From assembly GCF_036365525.1 (NCBI RefSeq), contig NC_090392.1:57785247-57849246 (forward strand): a stretch of DNA of 64,000 nucleotides. The letters are read 5' to 3'. Positions 48,084 to 59,920 of this stretch are shown in pieces. The notes beneath the pieces were generated by a model. The model did no database searches, was not told the DNA's origin, and was given only the letters and a program-made list of their open reading frames with translations. Made by a program: the position numbers and the translations under genes. The stretch comes from Heterodontus francisci (taxonomy: Eukaryota). Numbering within the stretch: position 1 is the first letter of the stretch; each line of letters begins with the position of its first letter.

Positions 48084-50110
48084 CTTCTTCTTCTTTGGCC
48101 TCCTTGTCTCGGGAGACAATGGGTAAGCGCCTGGAGGTGGGCAGTAGTTTGTGAAGTAGCGTCTGGAGTGGCTATAAAGGCCAATTCCAGAGTAACAGAC
48201 TCTTCCACAGGTGCTACAGATAAAATTGGTTGCCGGGGCTGTTACACAGTTGGCTCTCCCCTTGCGCTTCAGTCTTTTTCCCTGCCAACTGCTAAGTCTC
48301 TTCGACTCGCCACACTTTAGCTCCGCCTTTATGGCTGCCCGCTAGCTCTGGCGATCGCTGGCAACTGACTCTCACGACTTGTGATCAATGTCACAGGACT
48401 TCATGTCGCGTTTGCAGACGTCTTTAAAGCGGAGATATGGATGGCCGGTGGGTCTGGTACCAGTGACGAGTTCGCTGTACAATGTGTCCTTGGTGATCCT
48501 GCCATCTTCCATGCGGCTCACATGGCCAAGCCATCTCGAGCGCCGCTGGCTCAGTAGGGTGTCTATGCTGGGGATGTTGGCTGCCTCAAGGACTTCTGCG
48601 TTGGAGATACGGTCCTGCCACCTGATGCCAAGGATGCTCTGGAGGCAGCTAAGATGGAATGAATTGAGACGTCGCTCTTGATTGACATACGTTGTTCAGG
48701 CCTCGCTGCCGTAGAGCAAGGTACTGAGGACACAGGCTAGATACACTCGGACTTTTGTGTTCCGTGTCAGTGCGCCATTTTCCCACACTCTCTTGGCCAG
48801 TCTGGACATAGCAGTGGACGCCTTTCCCATGCGCTTGTTGATTTCTGCATCGAGAGATAGGTGATAGTTGAGCCTAGGTAGGTGAACTCTTGAACCACTT
48901 CCAGAGCGTGGTCGGTGATATTCATGGATGGAGCAGATTCATTGCAGGCAGCCGCAATCCTGTCGATGAGTCTCTGCAGACACTCTTCAGTGTGAGATGT
49001 TAATGCAGTATCGTCAGCAAAGAGAAGTTCCCTGATGAGGACTTTCCGTACTTTGGTCTTCGCTCTTAGACGGGCAAGGTTGTTCTTGTGTGGAGGAAAA
49101 TTCCTTCTTCTGAAGACTTGAATGCATGTGAGAGCAGCAGGGAGAAGAAGATCCCAAACAGTGTAGATGCGAGAACACAGTCCTGTTTCATGCCACTCAG
49201 GATAGGAAAGGGGTCTGATGAGGCGCCGCTATGCTGAATTGTGCCTTTTATATTGTCATGGAATGAAGTGATGATACTGAGTAGCTTTGGTGGACATCCG
49301 ATCTTTTCTAGTAGTCTGAAGAGACCGCGTCTGCTGACGAGGTCAAAGGCTTTGGTGAGATCAATGAAAGCAACATAGAGGGACATCTGTTGTTCACGAC
49401 ATTTCTCCTGTAGCTGGTGAAGGGAGAACAGCATGTCAATGGTGGATCTCTCTGCTTGAAAGCCACACTGCGCCTCAGGGTAGACATGCTCAGCCAGCTT
49501 CTTGAGTCTGTTTAAAGCGACTTGAGCGAAGACTTTCCCCACTATGCTGAGCAGGGAGATTCCACAGTAGTTGTTGCAGTCACCACGGTCACCCTTGTTC
49601 TTATAGAGGGTGATGATATTGGCATCGCGCATGTCCTGAGGTACTGCTCCCTCGTCCCAGCACAGGAAAAGCAGTTCGTACAGTGCTGAAAGTATAGCAG
49701 GCTTGGCACTCTTGATTATTTCAGGGGGAATGCCATCCTTCCCAGGGGCTTTTCCGCTGGCTAGAGAATCAATGACATCACTGAGTTCCGATTTTGTTGG
49801 CTGTACGTCCAGCTCATCCATGACTGGCAGAGACTGGGCTGCATTGAGGGAGGTCTCAGTGACAACATTTTCCCTGGAGTACAGTTCCAGGTAGTGCTCC
49901 ACCCAGAGGTCCATTTTCTTGCGATGGTCAGTGATTGTGTCCCCTGATTTAGATTTGAGGGGGAGCGATCTTTTTGATGGTTGGCCCAAAAGCTCTCTTA
50001 ATGCCATCATACATTCCTCTGATGTTTCTAGTGTCAGGGGCCAGCTGAATATGACTGCATAGGTGTTGCCAGTAGTCAATTGCGCAATGCCTGGCTGTTC
50101 TTTATGCAGC
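48084..50110 (-). mobile_element. RTE-clade LINE, 5'-truncated
   Basis: 337-aa ORF KAPGKDGIPPE..DANIITLYKNKGDRGDCNNY.GISLLS..EAQCGF..FIDLTKAFD; LLFADD near 49010-49028; (GAA)n 3' tail. Confidence 0.92.
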
Positions 50111-50129
50111 GCTTCTGGCTATTTGCTAA

Positions 50130-50325
50130 TGGAGATGATTGACTGGATAGTATATTTAATATATTCAAGTCAGAGATCAATAGATTTTTGGACACTAAAG
50201 GAAATAAGGAATTTGGGGATAATGCATGAAGGTGCAGCTGAAGTAGTCAGCTATGACCTTATTGAATGACGGACCAGGCTCCAGTGTTTGAATAACCTAC
50301 TTCTGCTCCGAATTTTTATGCTCTT
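50130..50325 (+). mobile_element. Degenerate CR1 3' tail
   Basis: atattcaagtcagagatcaatagatttttggacactaaagg..aataacctacttctgctcc. Confidence 0.6.
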
Positions 50326-50913
50326 ATTTTATGTCCTTATTATAGAGAATTTCAATTTTTGGAGGGAAGAAAAAGACAGAAATAGGTATGATTTTTAAGG
50401 GATGATTTTTATTAAGTACTTTATTGGCTTGAAGTGGGACCATAAGGGTAACATTAGTAGAATTAGTATTAGAATATATTAATAAGTTTAGAAGAATCAC
50501 TGCAGTTGTAAGGGACTCATGCAATGATGGAATACGTGACCATTATTCTGGGATTTGTACCACTCAGTACCTAATTGCCTCTACAGCCTGTGTAAACATG
50601 CTGTCCCTGCTTCACTAATCAAAGAGATAAGGGTGAGATTGGAGACGAGACAGGATGGAATAAACTATGGGAACTAGCAGCTTCAAGGTTTAAGGAGAAG
50701 ATAATGTGAGGAAATTTGTAGGGCAATACTATCCAGTGTATTGATCAAATTGTAGACCTGGAATGCGTTGGAGTAGTATGAACAGTGAGTAATGGTTATT
50801 GTAATCTATAAATGTAAACTGCAAACTCTGTTTCACTGAGAAGTTCTTTGGGTTACCAGAAGCTTCTCCCTTGCATGTGCTTGAAATAAAACCTTTATTT
50901 GCTTTAATCCCAT

Positions 50914-51776
50914 CGTTATGACCAGGTGAGAAAGGTATTAGGGGTCACTTTTAGCCTTCATCTGGTCTTACTGTAACAGGTTATAATTTTTAAACACACT
51001 GTGTTTTGAGCTCATCCTTGGTGAATCCTTGTTCACCGCTTTCCAATTATAAGGCAAAGAAATGAGCACAAACAGGCTTTCTTAGGTTTAAAGAAGAAAA
51101 GTGAAATTTAATAAAACTTAAACTTTAAACTCTAATTTGGTTAACGCCTACAGATACACGCCATGCCCATGCTAGCATGAAAATGTGATACATGCAGATA
51201 GGGACAGAAAAGAGCAGAAGAAAAATAAAGTGGAGAGGTTTAAGGCAATATCTGAAGAGATTCTTCCTATTACTGTGCTTCAAGCTGACAGTAGAGTCCT
51301 TTTGTAGGTAGTTCTTGCTTGTAGATAATTCTTGCTTTTCTTTGGGGCCCAGTATTCCTCTTAAACCTTGTTCACTGTAGGAGACTTTTCTCTCTTAGCG
51401 TTCATGTGTCTTCAATGGATTCCGAAGCTGGTCAGAAAGCGATGGGAGCAGGCAGAAGCAAAGTCTTCTCAGAACAGGAGCAAACAGCTTTCTGTCTTCA
51501 AACACTGTTTTCTCCAATTTAAAACTCTCAGTTCAAAACTCGACAACAGCAGTTAGTCATGTGACTAAACTGGCCTGACCACGTTTTCTGTGTATTGGGA
51601 GCAAGGACTGGTTCCTTTGTTCTTTGTCTGCTAGTATGCAAAAATGTCTTTCCGGCTAGGGGCCTGGCAATTCCTTGTAATAGGCCCTTGTTTCTTCCCA
51701 GCAACAATTTGAAGTTTAATATCCATGTGGCGAAATTAATGTGCCTCATTCTTGGCAGGTGGGGGCCTGCGTAACA
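50914..51776 (-). mobile_element. Solo LTR (Gypsy-like) with 4-bp TSD CCAT
   Basis: cGTTATGACCAGGTG...GCGTAACA, with CCAT at 50910-50913 and 51777-51780. Paralogous to 44333-45174. Confidence 0.85.
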
Positions 51777-52199
51777 CCATGGACTCGAGAGCGGTTAGAT
51801 TTTCTCTACAACAGGCTGAAAAATAGCCAGCTTTTAGAGAAGGATTGACTTTTGCAGAAATTAATCAAAAAATGAACCATATTTTATCCTGATATTTTAG
51901 TGTCAATATATAATCAGACTGAGACCAGGATATGCAGGGATGACAATCCCGTTTACAAAAAACCCTCAATTAGGGACAAAACAGGGATGCATAACTTTTT
52001 AAGCTACATATTAATGATATAGCACTGGAGGTAAAAGTGAAACAGTTTTAGTTACCGGTGATAAATAGTACTGTGGTAATCCTACTGCAGCATCCATATA
52101 TGGCCTGTGCCATTTCATCAATGGACATCATCATCCTTTAAATAATCTGAATTAATTTTGTACAAAATGGGACCTTGAAATCAAAATGAATGGATAAAA

Positions 52200-52800
52200 T
52201 GTGTTGACCTGTTAATAACTCCAGTTGATTCAAATTGGCCTGATATAAGAGTATCTGGAAACGCAGATGGAAGTGAGGGCTAACTTTCAGCAAATTCTGT
52301 GGAGGGAGATTCTTGGCTTTCAAGCAAGATTTGCAAAAGATTATTGATTTCATTTCAGCTCCTGTGAGGCACTTGATATCTGGAATCATATTGATATCGG
52401 TCAGCTTGAAAAAATGCAGAGTGCTTTTGTTAGGAGGATGTTGACCTTTCTGGACCTTTCCCAGTGTATCAGAGGAATACCTGGAATGTTATCCCGAAAA
52501 ATGAAGGCTGCTATTAGAACAAAGAATATCTATCTGACAGCCTTAAATCTGAGAACTGAAGGATTACCTTGAACATGTTGGATAGAGATCCGACTTGCAG
52601 TGGCTCAGATTACTTTCCGTGGTTGAAGATTATTAGAACGACTCTAATCCAAATTTTTATTGGAAACATGACTGTAAATCAGCCCATCTATGTCCCAAAA
52701 GGTCAGTTATTGATGAGAACACTGAGCAGCTGAAAAAGTCACAAAAATGTGCTCCTGTTTATGGAGTTAGAATACAAAATGTTCAACTGAAAACATGTCT
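52200..52800 (+). mobile_element. Very old LINE ORF2 remnant (RTE-X-like)
   Basis: Reads LDIWNHIDIGQLEKMQSAFVRRML..GLP*TCW, resembling the post-RT 'EIWG..LE.IQ..FLRRIL' region. Many stops. Confidence 0.35.
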
Positions 52801-52939
52801 GAAAAAGCTTTTGAAAAATCAAAAGATTACATGAAAGAAGTTAGCTAATGATGTTGGTAACAGTGAAGCCAACAGACTGATGCTCAAAACCCTGATTCTG
52901 ATTAATCTGCAAAGACAAGAGGCTGAATTGCATATGGGA

Positions 52940-53680
52940 ATGGAGGCGGGCAGGGGCTGGCGTGCCTTTTCCTGGTGCCAGGTTTCACCAGGATGAGGGG
53001 AGGGTGGCCCCAAGATCCTGCCCGATCCATTAACAACGGCAATTAAGATTGTTATAGAGTTGGTGGAGGGCATGTTTAGATTTTGACAGATGCAGACCAG
53101 GTGCATGAAGGTGGACACACAGCAGACAGTCAGCCATGACTGGCCTTGGGAATTCAGTGGGCCCCAAGAAAGGGAGAACAGCACAGAGGGGGACTCATCC
53201 AGAGGCACGCAGGTGCCATCAGGTCAGCGCAGGTTGCTGGGAGAATGGTCAGTAAGCGCTCAGGCAGTGCAGGGAGTTGTTGTCAGCCTGCCGGCATTGT
53301 GGTGTCATAGCAAGAGTGGGTAAGGCCGCCAAACACAATTGGGAGGCCATCTGAGCACAAGGAAGGCAGCCAGGCCTCTGCCTCTCCTGAGACATCTTTC
53401 CAACAGCAGGTAATGCAATGAAACAGCAGCCACAGTAATGGCTGCCATAGTCTGCTTAAATCGTGCCTGCACTTGCCAAGCCTGCCTCTATTCTCACCCC
53501 CCACCCCACCACCAATTGGCCGCCAAACCCATCTCCAAGCCAATTAATGGGGCGCCCCCATGAAACTTGGGGTTGGCGACTGTTTGCCCCCGGGGACGGG
53601 TTCAGGACCCGGAAACATTCCCGATGTCTGCTTCCCATCCCCGGTATAAGACAGAGCCCATTCTTTGAAAGCATGTCCTC
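52940..53680. mobile_element. Harbinger-derived non-autonomous fragment
   Basis: GC-rich blocks (accaattggccgcc, gccaattaatgggg, gacccggaaac) of the kind seen in the other MITEs. Termini not resolved. Confidence 0.35.
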
Positions 53681-54454
53681 TATTGGTCAATGGAGCGATA
53701 AATGGTGAGTTCTTATTTTTACATCTCCATTACTAGAGACTCAGTGCTTTAGTCTATAAACTTGATATTAATGTTTGAGGCTGCTCTCGATGCAGTTCTC
53801 TACCTGGAAGGAAAGCATAGGTGTGAAACCAAAACTGATTTTTAAAAAGTGTCGTATGGATTGAAGAGTATTTCTAGTTAACTGAAATAATGGAGGGATG
53901 AAGCAGTAGCTCATTCAGGAAGCAATGGCGCGTGTAAGTATAATGGCTTTATTGCGAAACTGTGCAGGACTGAATCTTTAAATACCATTATCATCAAAAC
54001 CAGGTTAAGTTGAGGAATGTCATAAAGATACTCATTACAATTATGGACTGCATGTGAGATTTAATCCTGGATGATTACGTATTGGTTTTTTATGTTTTTA
54101 TGCTTTCTTAATTATTGCCACAGTGAAAAACTGTATGCAGGTAATAAGGATTGTGTCTAGCAACCATGAGAGCGAAGTCTAATCCATTTGTGAATGTTTT
54201 TGATTGCCAACATTGTATTAACATAAACTAACTCCAACATTATTTCAGACGGTATATCATCACTATGTTAGGTTATTATGTATTTAAGTGCTGGAGAGAC
54301 AATGTCCACAATGATACATCAGGCAGCAGTCAAACGATATGCTGAAGTGCATCAAAATAATGAAAAAACCTTCAGTTATATCATATGTGACATGAAGGAC
54401 CAGTGGCATAAAAATATCTTTGCTAGTATGTTACTAAACAATGACAAAGCCACA

Positions 54455-56500
54455 TATAGAGATTACATAGAGCGTACAGCACAGAAAGAGACCATTCAGT
54501 CCAACTGATCTATGCTGGCATTTATGCTCGTCACGAATCTCCTCCCACCCTTCTTCATGCAACCTTATCAGAATATCCTTCCATTCATTTCTCCCTCATT
54601 TGCTTATCGAGCTTCCCCTTAAATACATGTATGCTACTTGCCTCGACTACTCTTTATGGTAGCACGTTCCACATTCTTACAACTCTTTGCGTAAAGAGGC
54701 TTTTCCTGATTTCTTATTGGGTTTACTTGCGACCAGCTTACATTTATGATTTCTAGTTTTGGACTCTCCAACAAGTGGAAACATTTTCTCTACATTTACC
54801 CTATCAAACTCTTTCAATATCTCAAAGGCCTTTATCGGGTCACCCCACAGCCTTCTCTTTCCTAAAGAAAAGAGCTCCAGCCTGTTTAGCGTTTCCTGAT
54901 AATTATATCCTCTCAGTTCTGGTATCATCCTTGTGAATCATTTTTGCACATTCTCCAATGCCTCTATAAACCTTTTATAATATGAAGACCAGAACTGTGC
55001 TCAGTACACCAAATGTGGTCGAACCAAGGTTCAATACAAGTTTAACACAAATCTTCACTGTTTTTCAGTTCTATTCCTTTAGAAATGAACCCAAGTGATT
55101 GGTTTGATTTTGTTTATGGCCTTCTTAACCTGCGCCATTACTTTTAATGATTTGTATATCTGTACTTCCAGATCCCTTCGCTCCTCTACCACATTCAGAC
55201 TCTTGTTGTCCTAGTAGTATATGGTCTTCTTATTCTTCCTACCAAAGTGCAGCACCTCATACATATCTACATTGAAATTAATTTGACAATTACATGCCCA
55301 TTCTGCAAGCTTATTAATATCTTGCTGCATTTTGTCACACTCATCCCCTGTTAACTACACCTCCTAATTTGGTGCCATGCCCAAATTGTGATATTTTACT
55401 TCTGATTCCTGAGTCCAAATCATTAATGTAAATTGTGAACAACAGTTGTCCCAGCAATGATCCCTGTCGAACATCACTTCCCACTTTTTGCCAGCCTGTG
55501 TAGCGAGTCTAACTCCGACTCTCTGTTCTCCTACTGGTCCCGTGACTCTGTGGTACCTTTTTGAAGGCCTTTTGAAAATCCAAATATATAATGGATACTG
55601 CATTATCCTTGTCCACTCTTTCTGTTATTTCTTCAAATAATTCAATAAGGTTTGTCAAGCATGATCTACCCTTTTGAAATCCGTGCTGATTACTCTTCAT
55701 TATATTTTTGGTTTCTACATGTTTTTCTATTGAGTAAAAATTCTATTATTTTTTCCTGCCACTGACATTAAGCTAACTGGCCTATAGTTCCTGTGTTTTA
55801 ATTCCCTTTATGAATACAGAAATAACATTAGGTGTCTGCTAGTGCTCTGGCAAGAGTCCCTGTTTTAATGACTTGTTATATATCTGTAATAGCGCCTCTG
55901 CTATCTCTTCCCTAACTTATTTTAATATGCACAGATCCAATCCATGTAGACCTGGGGTTTTCTACTCTCTAAGTTTGATTATTGTATCAATTATCTCCCC
56001 ATTTCTATCTTAAATATATTTAAATATTTGTTTTATTTCCTCTTCTAATGTCATGCCCACCTTGTTCGCTTTCCTAGTAAATACTGAGGAAAAGTAACCA
56101 TTCAGTAAACATTTCTGCCATTTTTCTGTCAGTTTATCTTGTGCATCCTTTATTGACCCTATCCCTACCCCAATTTTTCTTTTGTTATCTTTGTGTCTGC
56201 AGAATATTTATTATTTCTTTTTACATTCCTTAATTATTTAATTTCATAGTTTTTTTTGCTTTCCTGATTATTTTTGAGGTCTTTCCCAGATCTCTTCATA
56301 TTCCCTTTTGTCATCGTTTCCTTTACTGTCTATGCTACTTAGTGTAAAGCTTTTCAATTTCAATGTTACCCTTATCTCTTTATTCATCCATGGTGTTTTG
56401 TTATTGGTTAGTTTGTTTAGGTTTTTTTAAGTAGAATCTATTTCTCCTGAACTCTATTAATCATTGTTTTAAATATTTCCCAATGCTGTTCTATCTCTCT
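54455..56500 (-). mobile_element. CR1 LINE fragment
   Basis: QHGFQKGRSCLTNLIELFEEIT..IYLDFQKAF; IPELRGYNYQETLNRLELFSLGKRRL. Confidence 0.85.
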
Positions 56501-56689
56501 GTCAAAAAAAAATCAGTTTTCCTTTTCCAGTTTCATTCTCATCCTCTCAAAATCATTTTATTTTGTGACCATTGCTATTGTCTAGATATTCCATTATGCT
56601 TGCTTCTCTTATCTGCTCTCGTTAATTTCCCATTAATAGATCCAGTAATGATCCCTCTTTTGTTAGGCTTCTTATGCACTGAGTAAGAA

Positions 56690-56960
56690 AGGAATAGAGA
56701 AACATAGGAACAGGAGTAGGCCATTTAGCCTTTTGGGTCTCTTCTGCCATTCAATGGCTGATCTGCGCCCTAACTCCATATTCTTGTCCCATATCTATTA
56801 ATACCTTTGGTTAATAAAAATATCAATCCAGTTTTAAAATTAACATCTAGCATCAATTGCTGTTCCAATCTTCTACCCCCCTCCCCCCTTTGTGTGAAGC
56901 AGTGTTTCCAAACTTCACCCTGAAAGATCTGGTTCTAACTTGTAGACTATGTCCTCTAGT
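56690..56960 (-). mobile_element. CR1 3' tail fragment
   Basis: aacataggaacaggagtaggccatttagcc. Confidence 0.7.
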
Positions 56961-57721
56961 CCAGAAAAAACTCCATTTCCTTTCCCCCTTTCCCTTGCCA
57001 GTTCATTTTGGGGGTATTTGAAATCTGCCATGATTATTATTCTATGTTTTTACTCATTTCATAGATTTGTCTCCATATTTCTTCCTCCCCTTCCCTTCCA
57101 CTATCCCTGTTAATGTGATCCATCTCTTCTTATTCTTTGTTTCAATCCATATGGATTCTATTTCTATCTTAATGTTAGTTATGTCCCTTTTTTCTACTGC
57201 CAGTGTGTTACCTCTAATTAGTAGAGCTACACCATCCTGCTTCTTCCTTCCCTATCTTTATAAAATACGTTATATCCTGCAATTATTAACTGCCTGTCCA
57301 GTTCGAGAATATGTTAAGTAGAGAATAGCATTGATAATGGGGATAATAATGAGAATAACACAGCCCTTATATATTGTATCGAGAATAACTATTACGTATA
57401 TGTTGTACATAGAGAATTACAATGTAAATGTCTACCAAAGAGTGAATAGCACAATCACCGTATATCCGAAAGAGTAATGCAGGCCTGATACATTGGAGAC
57501 AATGACACAACTAATGCACATTATATAGGGAGTCTTCCCTGATGTCCTCATATGCATATTTCTGGGAGTAATAAGCAGTCGGGTCCCAACAATTTTTTTT
57601 TGCTCTCCTAGCCAGGGAATGTGGAGGCTAAATTTGTACCTGCACCTCTGCTTAAAATGCCCATTTTAAGGACCCTGATCTTAAATTGGTCAAAAGCTAA
57701 GCTTACGCTGGGCCAGCTATA

Positions 57722-57855
57722 CAAAAGCAAAATACTGCAGTAGCTGGAAATCTGAAACAAAAACAGAAAATGCTGGAAATACTCATCAGGTCAGGCAGCA
57801 TCTGTGACGAGAAAAACAGAGTTAACGTTTTAGGTCGATAACCTTTCATCAACCG
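57722..57855 (-). mobile_element. Solo Penelope terminal segment with degenerate hammerhead motif (57820-57854)
   Basis: aaaagcaaaatactgcag..ctggaaatctgaa as at 28706. Minus strand GGT-TGATGA-a-AGGT-tatcg-ACCT-AAA-AC-GT-T-AACT. Confidence 0.75.
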
Positions 57856-57954
57856 AGCAAGCTATGACTTGCTGACCTTAAAGGAACCACAGGAGGATGC
57901 TAAAGTAAACATTTTTTTCACTTATCTGAATGTTGATCCAGGAAAAGCCGGAGT

Positions 57955-58480
57955 CAGAGGTGCCATATTTCAGGCGAGATGTTAAACCACGGCTCCATCT
58001 GCCCTTTCAAGTTGATGTGAAAGCCATTATTCAAAGGAGAGAATTTTCTCTGATGTCCTGGTCAATATTTATTCAGCAGCCAATATCAAAAACAGATGCT
58101 TCAGTAATTATCTCAATGCTGTTTGTACGACTTGAAAGCTAAGAACAGAAGAAATAGGAGGAGGAGAAGATCATTCAGCCCCTCGGGCCTTCTTCACCAT
58201 TCAATACGATCATGACTGATCTTCTACTTCAACTCCACCTACCTGCCCACTCCCCATATCCCTTGATTCCCTGAGAGATCAAACATCTATCCATCACAAT
58301 CTTGAATATACTCAACGATGGAGCATCCACAATCCTCTGGACCTTGTTGTGTGTGCAATTTGGCTCCCGCATTTTGCTGCATTCCAACAGTAACCACACT
58401 TAGAAAATTACTTCTTTAGCTGAAAACTTTAGGTTTGGGACACCCTGAAGTCATGAAAGGACTACACAAATGCAAGCTCC
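57955..58480 (+). mobile_element. Deu-domain SINE (SacSINE1/AmnSINE1-like) interrupted by a CR1 tail at ~58140-58340 (-)
   Basis: gaggtgcc..ttc..gagatgttaaacc..ctgccct..tgtcctggtcaatatttatt..ctgtttgt | gaccttg..caacagtaaccacactt..aaatgcaag matches my recollection of the DeuSINE consensus. Confidence 0.65.
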
Positions 58481-59611
58481 TCCTTCTTTTCTTGCTCTCC
58501 AGTGCCGTTGTTGATAGTAGATCAAATGATACATTATTATGCCAGCAGCATTAAACCAGATTTTACACAAGACATCATTCTTTCCCTAATGTGAATCAGT
58601 ATCCCTTTAAGATCATCGAGTCAAATATTGTCAATTAGAAGTTAGTTCCCTATTGATGTTGGAGTTTCCAGGTTGGAAACCTCTTGCAATTTTAAGGCTG
58701 CAGCTCAGATCCAGAATTAAAACGATTTCTTTTATAGTGATTTGTTATGTCAATCAGAGAGTACAGATTTCCGAGTCCTGTGGCAGGAAGCTATTTCCTG
58801 CAATTGGGCCTGTTTCTTTGTGCTTTGACTTTTTAAATACTTTTCTGAAGTGTGGCACAAAGAATTGCATCTCCCCAGGTGTGATGGACAAAATGCATTT
58901 TGGATATACTGAGACAGATTTACGCTTGACCATTTCCATCGGGTGTGAAACAGAGAGAGTGAGCTCACCACACTCCTAAAGGGCTCCAAGTTTTCAGGAT
59001 GGGGCCTCATCACCATTCTGTCAGCGAGCTCTTTGTACATTTGGAGCAGCTTGCAGTGGCTCCACCATGATGCCAAGCCACTCCCGGCATGTTGAGGGAG
59101 CAATACGGCCAGGCATTGGAGGGTTGATGTTAATCATCAAACAAAAATTTACAAATCTTTTCTCCCCCTTTTTTTGAACAGCCTGCAACGATCCCTTTAA
59201 AGATGACTGGTTAGGCTGCTCAATGCCAAATATCCATGGGTGAACCACACTCCACCCAATGATACTTCAAATTTAACATCATAGGACCCTGAATTGCTTG
59301 TGCTAAGGAAATCCTGCTTGTTTTTGGTGAGTGTCTGTGCCACTCATTCAAGGCTCCAACCAAACTGCTGGCAAACTAGTCTTTGGCATAAATTGAGCTG
59401 TTACTTTACTCACGTTACTACCCTGTGGAGGGGATGAAAATTGGTCCTATGATATCTAAATTTTGGTGACACAATGAGCAGTGTAGGGTTGCATTTTCTC
59501 GACAGTTCCAGCATTGCTAGAGTTTCACAGTGTATTGTTCACTGCAAGGTACGTGAGACCGGGAATCACACACACAGATCTGACTTCAAATCACATCTGA
59601 AAATACTCAGT

Positions 59612-59920
59612 GGGCTGAATTTCTGGGGCCCCCAAAGGCAGAAATTGAGGGCACAAATTTCTGGTGCTCGACGGTGTGTCAGTTTCAAGATGTCGTTCCT
59701 GGCACTGGCAATAATCACCAGGGTGGAGGAAGGGCGGGACAGGAATTCCACTCTCCTCCCAATTGAGGCCAATTAAAGCTATTTAAACTCGTTAAGAGCT
59801 TGTCAAGGTTTGAAGTTGAAAATTTTAAAGGGGCATATGGGTGACTTGATCCTTCAGAAACAGATCAGCTGAAGAGAAGTGGGTAAAGAGTAGGGAGACA
59901 GTCATGGCCGGTGCGGTGCT
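59612..59920. mobile_element. Harbinger-type element left end; probably continues after the CR1 at ~62546-63300
   Basis: Starts GGGCTGAATTTC; internal ctcctcccaattgaggccaattaa block shared with other MITEs. Confidence 0.45.

Noticed and set aside
44333-51776. Full-length LTR retrotransposon bounded by the two similar LTRs
   Set aside because: Each LTR has its own TSD (AGAT, CCAT), and the interior holds only CR1, RTE and MITE pieces, with no gag/pol seen.
58740-58940. Short ORFs resembling a gene exon
   Set aside because: MQFFVPHFRK resembles CR1 VQFWAPHFRK, so it is most likely an ancient LINE remnant.
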